Shown piece after piece: positions 59,562-64,000 of a DNA stretch of 64,000 bases. Positions within the stretch are counted from its first letter, which is position 1. The number at the start of each line of letters is the position of its first letter. Source of the stretch: Candidatus Eiseniibacteriota bacterium (GTDB taxonomy: Bacteria; Eisenbacteria; RBG-16-71-46). The translations under genes and the position numbers were made by a program. A model generated the notes under the pieces. That model did no database searches and was not told the DNA's origin. It saw only the letters and a program-made list of their open reading frames with translations. The DNA is taken from contig JBBRLX010000013.1 of the NCBI GenBank assembly GCA_038231135.1, positions 1-64,000 of the forward strand, written 5' to 3'.

Positions 59562-61277
59562 TTGCCCACCGATCGAGAGTTCCCGAGCCGCGCCGCCACC
59601 GCGTTCCGCGCGATCGCGCTCGGGGTGGGGCTGGCGGTCGCCGCGATCCTCGCGTCCTGCCGGGAGGGCCCGAACCCCCGCGCCTACGCCCCGGGCCCCG
59701 CACTCGACGGGCCGCGCCAGCGTGGCGGACATGCGGTATTCGTACGCGAGGACGATCCCGACTTCCTCGACCCGGCGCTGTCCTACGGTACCTACACGGC
59801 GCCCGTCATCCTCGGCGTGTTCCGCACGCTGCTCGAGTATGCCGATTCGACCGGGCTGCCCGGCACCCGGCTCGTTCCCGAGCTGGCGCAGAGCCTGCCC
59901 GACGTCCGTGAGGACGGCAGGCTCTACTGCTTCAAGATCCGCCCCGACGCACGATTCTCGGCGCCCGTGCGGCGGCACGTCACCGCGGCCGATTTCAAGT
60001 ATTCGATGGAGCGGCTGTTCAAGGTCGGGTCGCCGGGCATCAATTTCTACCGCAACATCGTGGGCGTCCAGACGGTGCTCGAGGGACGCGACACCCTGGT
60101 CCAGGGCATCGTGGCCCACGGTGATTCCCTGTACTTCCGGCTGCTCCACCCCGATCCGGTATTCACCTCGGTGCTCACGCTGCCGTTCACGGCGCCGGTG
60201 CCGCGCGAGATCGCGTCCCAGCATCCGAACGATTTCTCACAGCACACGGTCTCGACCGGTCCGTTCATGGTGGCCGAGTTCACCCCGCGCCGCCGCGTGA
60301 TCCTGGTGCGGAACCCCGACTACTTCGGCACTCCCGCGTGGCTCGACACGTTCGAGTTGCGCCTCGGCGTTTCCGCGCTCAACGGCGTCGGCTTGATCCG
60401 GCGCGGCCTGGCGGACGGGGGATTCTTCGAATTGCCGGCGGGCGAGTTCGCACGCCTGCGCGGCGACCCATGGTGGCATAACCAGGTGATGCTCGCCGAC
60501 GGCATCAACACGGAGTACCTGTTCATGAACACGCGCATCAAGCCGTTCGACGACGTGCGGGTGCGGCAGGCGGTGAACTGGGCGATCGACCGGCGCGCGA
60601 TCGCCAAGGCGTATTCCGGCAAGGGCGTCCCCGCCGGTGAGTTCATGCCGCCGAGCATGCCGGGGTTCGTAGCGCTCGGCCGCTATCAGGGTCCCGACAC
60701 CGCGAAGGCGCGCGCGCTGCTGCGCGCCGCCGGGTATCCGAACGGCATCCAGGCCACGCTGTACGGCTGGACCGTCGAGCCCAGCCCGCGCATGCTCGCG
60801 CTGCTCCAGCAGGAGCTCGATCAGGCCGGCATCCACACCCGGCTCGACATCGGCGAAGCCGCCGGTTACACCAGCATGGCCGAGAACGTCTCGAACCACA
60901 TCGCGTTCGGCATGTACAGCTGGTACGCGGACTATCTCGATCCGTCGAACTTCTTCGACACGCTGCTGAACGGCCATCGCATTCAGCCGATCCACAACAA
61001 CAACCTGAGCCTGTACGACGATCCGCTCACGAACGAGCTGATCGATCGGGCGATGGCGACGGCGGATGACTCCACGCGCATCCACCTGTGGCAACGCGTG
61101 GACCGGCGCGTCATGGACATGGCGCCGATCGCCCCCACGCTGCACCTGCAGGAGAGCCGGTTCTTCGGCCCGCGACTGGGGGGCTGGTATCGCCACGTGA
61201 CGCGCCTGCTGAAGATCGAGGATCTCTACATCAAGCGGCCCGCGGCGGACACGGCGCGCGCGGGAGCACCGGCGTGA
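59562..61277 (+). CDS. Peptide/nickel ABC substrate-binding lipoprotein (family 5)
   Basis: Lipobox LASC; LDP; TGPF; PFDDVRVRQAVNWAIDR. Confidence 0.92.
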   Translation: MPTDREFPSRAATAFRAIALGVGLAVAAILASCREGPNPRAYAPGPALDGPRQRGGHAVFVREDDPDFLDPALSYGTYTAPVILGVFRTLLEYADSTGLPGTRLVPELAQSLPDVREDGRLYCFKIRPDARFSAPVRRHVTAADFKYSMERLFKVGSPGINFYRNIVGVQTVLEGRDTLVQGIVAHGDSLYFRLLHPDPVFTSVLTLPFTAPVPREIASQHPNDFSQHTVSTGPFMVAEFTPRRRVILVRNPDYFGTPAWLDTFELRLGVSALNGVGLIRRGLADGGFFELPAGEFARLRGDPWWHNQVMLADGINTEYLFMNTRIKPFDDVRVRQAVNWAIDRRAIAKAYSGKGVPAGEFMPPSMPGFVALGRYQGPDTAKARALLRAAGYPNGIQATLYGWTVEPSPRMLALLQQELDQAGIHTRLDIGEAAGYTSMAENVSNHIAFGMYSWYADYLDPSNFFDTLLNGHRIQPIHNNNLSLYDDPLTNELIDRAMATADDSTRIHLWQRVDRRVMDMAPIAPTLHLQESRFFGPRLGGWYRHVTRLLKIEDLYIKRPAADTARAGAPA

Positions 61278-61323
61278 GCGGCCCGGCAGCGGCGCCCGGC
61301 GCCGCGACCTCCATGTTGGCGGC

Positions 61324-62271
61324 ATGAGCGCCGAACCCATCGACGCCGTCGGCGTGCCGCCGGTGACGCCGCTGTGGCACGACCTGTGGCGCCGGTTCGC
61401 GAGCGACGGCGCCGCTGTGGCGGGGCTCGTGGGCCTGGCGATCGTCGTGCTGGGAGCGCTCGCCGCGCCGTGGATCGTGCACGACGTGCTGCATCAATCC
61501 CCGTTCGACCAGCGCCTGATGGAGCACATCACGATCCACGGCCGCCAGACCGACGTGGTGTCGGACCTGGGGCTGCCCGTGGGCCCGAATCCCGCGTTCC
61601 CGCTGGGCGCCGATCTCGTGGGCCGCGACGTGCTGTCGCGGATCCTCTATGGCGCGCGCGTGTCGCTGGTCATCTCGAGCCTGGGGACGCTGCTGGCGCT
61701 GCTGCTCGGACTCGCCGCCGGGCTGCTGGCGGGGTACTACCGTGGCGTGTGGGACATGGTGATCTCGCGATTCGTCGACGCGATGATGGCGATCCCGGTG
61801 CTGCTGCTCGCGATCGCGCTGGCGTCGGTGCTCCGCTCCGGCAGCATGGTGATGATGGTGCTGATCCTCGCGATGGTGAACTGGACCTACCTTGCGCGCA
61901 TCGTGCGGGCCGAGGTGCTGTCGCTGCGCGAGCGCGACTTCATCGAGGCGGCACGGGCGCTCGGGGCCGGCGACCGCGCGATCCTGGCGCGCCATCTGCT
62001 GCCCAACCTGGCGGGGCCGGTGATCGTGTTCTCGACGCTGTCGCTCGCCGGCAACATCCTGCTCGAGAGCGCGCTGTCGTACCTCGGCGTCGGAATCCAG
62101 GCGCCCACGCCGTCGTGGGGCAACATGATCCAGGAAGGCCTGCCGCTGTTCAACGTGGCGTGGTGGATCACGGTGTTCCCGGGCCTCGCGATCATCCTCA
62201 CCGTGCTCAGCCTGAATCTCGTGGGCGACGGCGTGAAGCAGGCCATCGATCCGCGCGGCGGCGACGCATGA
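61324..62271 (+). CDS. Peptide ABC permease (DppC/OppC-like)
   Basis: LGAD..GRDVLSRILYGARVSL, EAA motif, PSWGNMI. Confidence 0.93.
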   Translation: MSAEPIDAVGVPPVTPLWHDLWRRFASDGAAVAGLVGLAIVVLGALAAPWIVHDVLHQSPFDQRLMEHITIHGRQTDVVSDLGLPVGPNPAFPLGADLVGRDVLSRILYGARVSLVISSLGTLLALLLGLAAGLLAGYYRGVWDMVISRFVDAMMAIPVLLLAIALASVLRSGSMVMMVLILAMVNWTYLARIVRAEVLSLRERDFIEAARALGAGDRAILARHLLPNLAGPVIVFSTLSLAGNILLESALSYLGVGIQAPTPSWGNMIQEGLPLFNVAWWITVFPGLAIILTVLSLNLVGDGVKQAIDPRGGDA

Positions 62272-63218
62272 TCACCTGGCTGATTCGCCGGCTGCTGTGG
62301 AGCGGCCTGGTGCTGCTGATCGTCACCGCGGTGACGTTCACGATCTTCTTCGCCGTGCCCGGCAAACCGGCCGAACTGATCGCCGGCAAGTACGCGTCGA
62401 AGGAGACGATCGCGCTGATCGAGAAGCGGCTCGGCCTCGATCAACCGGCGCCCGTCCAGTTCGTGCGGTTCGCCGGCAATGCCGTGCGCGGCGACTGGGG
62501 CTACTCCTACGTGAGCCAGCAGCCGGTGCTCGGCACCATCCTGACGGCGTTTCCGAAGACGCTGTCGCTCACCGTGGGCGCGGTGCTGCTGTGGCTGCTG
62601 GTAGGCATCCCGCTCGGGGTGCTGGGCGCGACGCGGCCCAGGTCGTCGTGGGATCGAGCCGCGACGGTGTTCGCGCTCGTCGGCATCTCGGCCCCCGCCT
62701 ACTGGGTCGGCCTCGTGCTGCTGAGCCTGTTCGCCGACCGGCTCGGCTGGTTCCCGCTCGGCGAATACGTCGCGGTCACCGAGGGCGGCGTCGCGTCGTG
62801 GGCGCTGCACCTGGTGCTGCCGTGGGTGACGCTGGCACTGCTGTATGCCGGGTTCTACGCGCGGTTCACGCGCTCAACAATGCTCGACGTCGGGCGGCTC
62901 GACTACGTGCGCACTGCGCGCGCCAAGGGTCTCGCCGAAGGCGACGTGGTGTCGCGCCACATCCTGCGCAACGCGCTGCTGCCGATCGTGACGCTGCTCG
63001 GCATCGACATCGCGTATCTGATGGGCGGCGCCGTGCTCACGGAATCCGTGTTCGGCATCCCGGGGATCGGCGGCCTGGCGTGGAAGGCGATCCGCCAGCG
63101 CGATCTGCCGATGGTGATGGGGACCGTGCTGTTCTCGGCCATCTTCATCGTGCTCGCGAACCTGGTCGTGGACGTGTTCTATCGCACACTCGATCCGAGG
63201 ATTCAGACGGAAGGCTGA
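62268..63218 (+). CDS. Peptide ABC permease (DppB/OppB-like)
   Basis: IRRLL, LGLDQP, DYVRTARAKGL, ESVFGIPGIG, LDPRI. Confidence 0.93.
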   Translation: MITWLIRRLLWSGLVLLIVTAVTFTIFFAVPGKPAELIAGKYASKETIALIEKRLGLDQPAPVQFVRFAGNAVRGDWGYSYVSQQPVLGTILTAFPKTLSLTVGAVLLWLLVGIPLGVLGATRPRSSWDRAATVFALVGISAPAYWVGLVLLSLFADRLGWFPLGEYVAVTEGGVASWALHLVLPWVTLALLYAGFYARFTRSTMLDVGRLDYVRTARAKGLAEGDVVSRHILRNALLPIVTLLGIDIAYLMGGAVLTESVFGIPGIGGLAWKAIRQRDLPMVMGTVLFSAIFIVLANLVVDVFYRTLDPRIQTEG

Positions 63219-63223
63219 GATGG

Positions 63224-64000
63224 CTAGCGATGCCCCGCGTGCATCGGCGAATCCGGCCGCACGGTCACGCCCATCGCGGCGCACATCGAGCGTGCCGCGC
63301 GCTTGCCGTCCTGCGCGGCGTTCACGACCTCCTGCCCGCCGCTGGTCGCGTCACCGCCGGCCCACACCTTGCGGTTGCCGGTCAGGCCCGTCATCGGGTC
63401 CGCGACGACGCGGCCCTTCGGGTCGATCGTGACGCCGGGCAGCGCCTCGGCCACCGCGCGCAGCTTGGCCTGGCCGATGCCGAGCACCGCGAGATCCGCG
63501 ACCAGCTCGCCGCCGCCTTCGAGCTCGAGGCCGGTGAGCTGGCCGGCCACGTCGCGCAGGAACCGGTGGGGCACGGCGCGCTCGAGCATCACGACGCCGT
63601 CCTTGAGCGCCAGCTCCATCTCGTGGGCGTAGCCGGGCATCTCGGCCCGGGTGCGGCGATACACCAGGGTGACGCTCGGCACGCCGAGCTTCGCCAGCTC
63701 GCGAGCGGCGTCGATCGCGGTGTTGCCGCCGCCGATCACCAGCGCGCACTCGATGCCGTCGAGACCGAAGCCGGGTTCGAGCTTCATGCGCTCGATCCAC
63801 TCGGTCGCCCCCAGCACTCCGGGACCCTGCTCGCCCTCGATGCCGAGTCTGGCGTCGGCGCCGAGCCCCGTGCCCAGGAACACGCCGTCGTAATCCCGCA
63901 GCAGATCGGCGGGCTTGACGTCGCGGCCCACCTCGACGCCGTCGCGGATCGTGACGCCGAGCGAGCGGATGAAGTCGACCTCCATCAGCGCCCCGTCGAC
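63224..64000 (-). CDS. preT: PreT/GltD-like NAD(P)-dependent oxidoreductase (5' end outside window)
   Basis: VIGGGNTAIDAA, LVYRR, WAGGD...EVVNAAQDGK. Confidence 0.75.
   Translation of the reverse strand, partial: VDGALMEVDFIRSLGVTIRDGVEVGRDVKPADLLRDYDGVFLGTGLGADARLGIEGEQGPGVLGATEWIERMKLEPGFGLDGIECALVIGGGNTAIDAARELAKLGVPSVTLVYRRTRAEMPGYAHEMELALKDGVVMLERAVPHRFLRDVAGQLTGLELEGGGELVADLAVLGIGQAKLRAVAEALPGVTIDPKGRVVADPMTGLTGNRKVWAGGDATSGGQEVVNAAQDGKRAARSMCAAMGVTVRPDSPMHAGHR

Overview
High-GC bacterial chromosomal window. C-terminal FlgD-Ig/T9SS-like tails and an SWGxxxxxYR C-terminus suggest a Candidatus Eisenbacteria/Latescibacterota-like FCB relative (inference). From left to right: (1) a small lower-GC accessory patch (1-2600) with an IS21-like end, an Ig-fold lipoprotein, a DUF4258/MqsA-type toxin-antitoxin pair and a gene remnant; (2) envelope and housekeeping genes (GT-C-like membrane protein, Gfo/Idh/MocA oxidoreductase, LemA, GIDE, serpin remnant, NUDIX, GT2, OM beta-barrel, class A PBP); (3) a full suf operon (merR-sufA-C-B-D-S-U-Rieske-sufT) led by a Cys4-tailed MerR regulator; (4) a four-gene DUF11 operon (23.1-36.9 kb), the main find. 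Its proteins carry complementary split halves of the Lys-Asp-Asn isopeptide domain: a dead acceptor-only protein, a donor+acceptor subunit, a donor-bearing OM beta-barrel protein, and an acceptor-only adhesin. This suggests a self-polymerising, covalently cross-linked pilus analogous to chaperone-usher systems; (5) a MITE, an FHA-GAF-PP2C phosphatase, a GT2-deacetylase fusion and preA; (6) an accessory island (about 42-54 kb) of secreted proteins and peptidases plus a replication-initiator remnant with iteron-like repeats; (7) a HAMP-PP2C phosphatase, pntAA/AB/B, peptide ABC subunits and a partial preT. All calls rest on motif recognition by eye; no searches were run.
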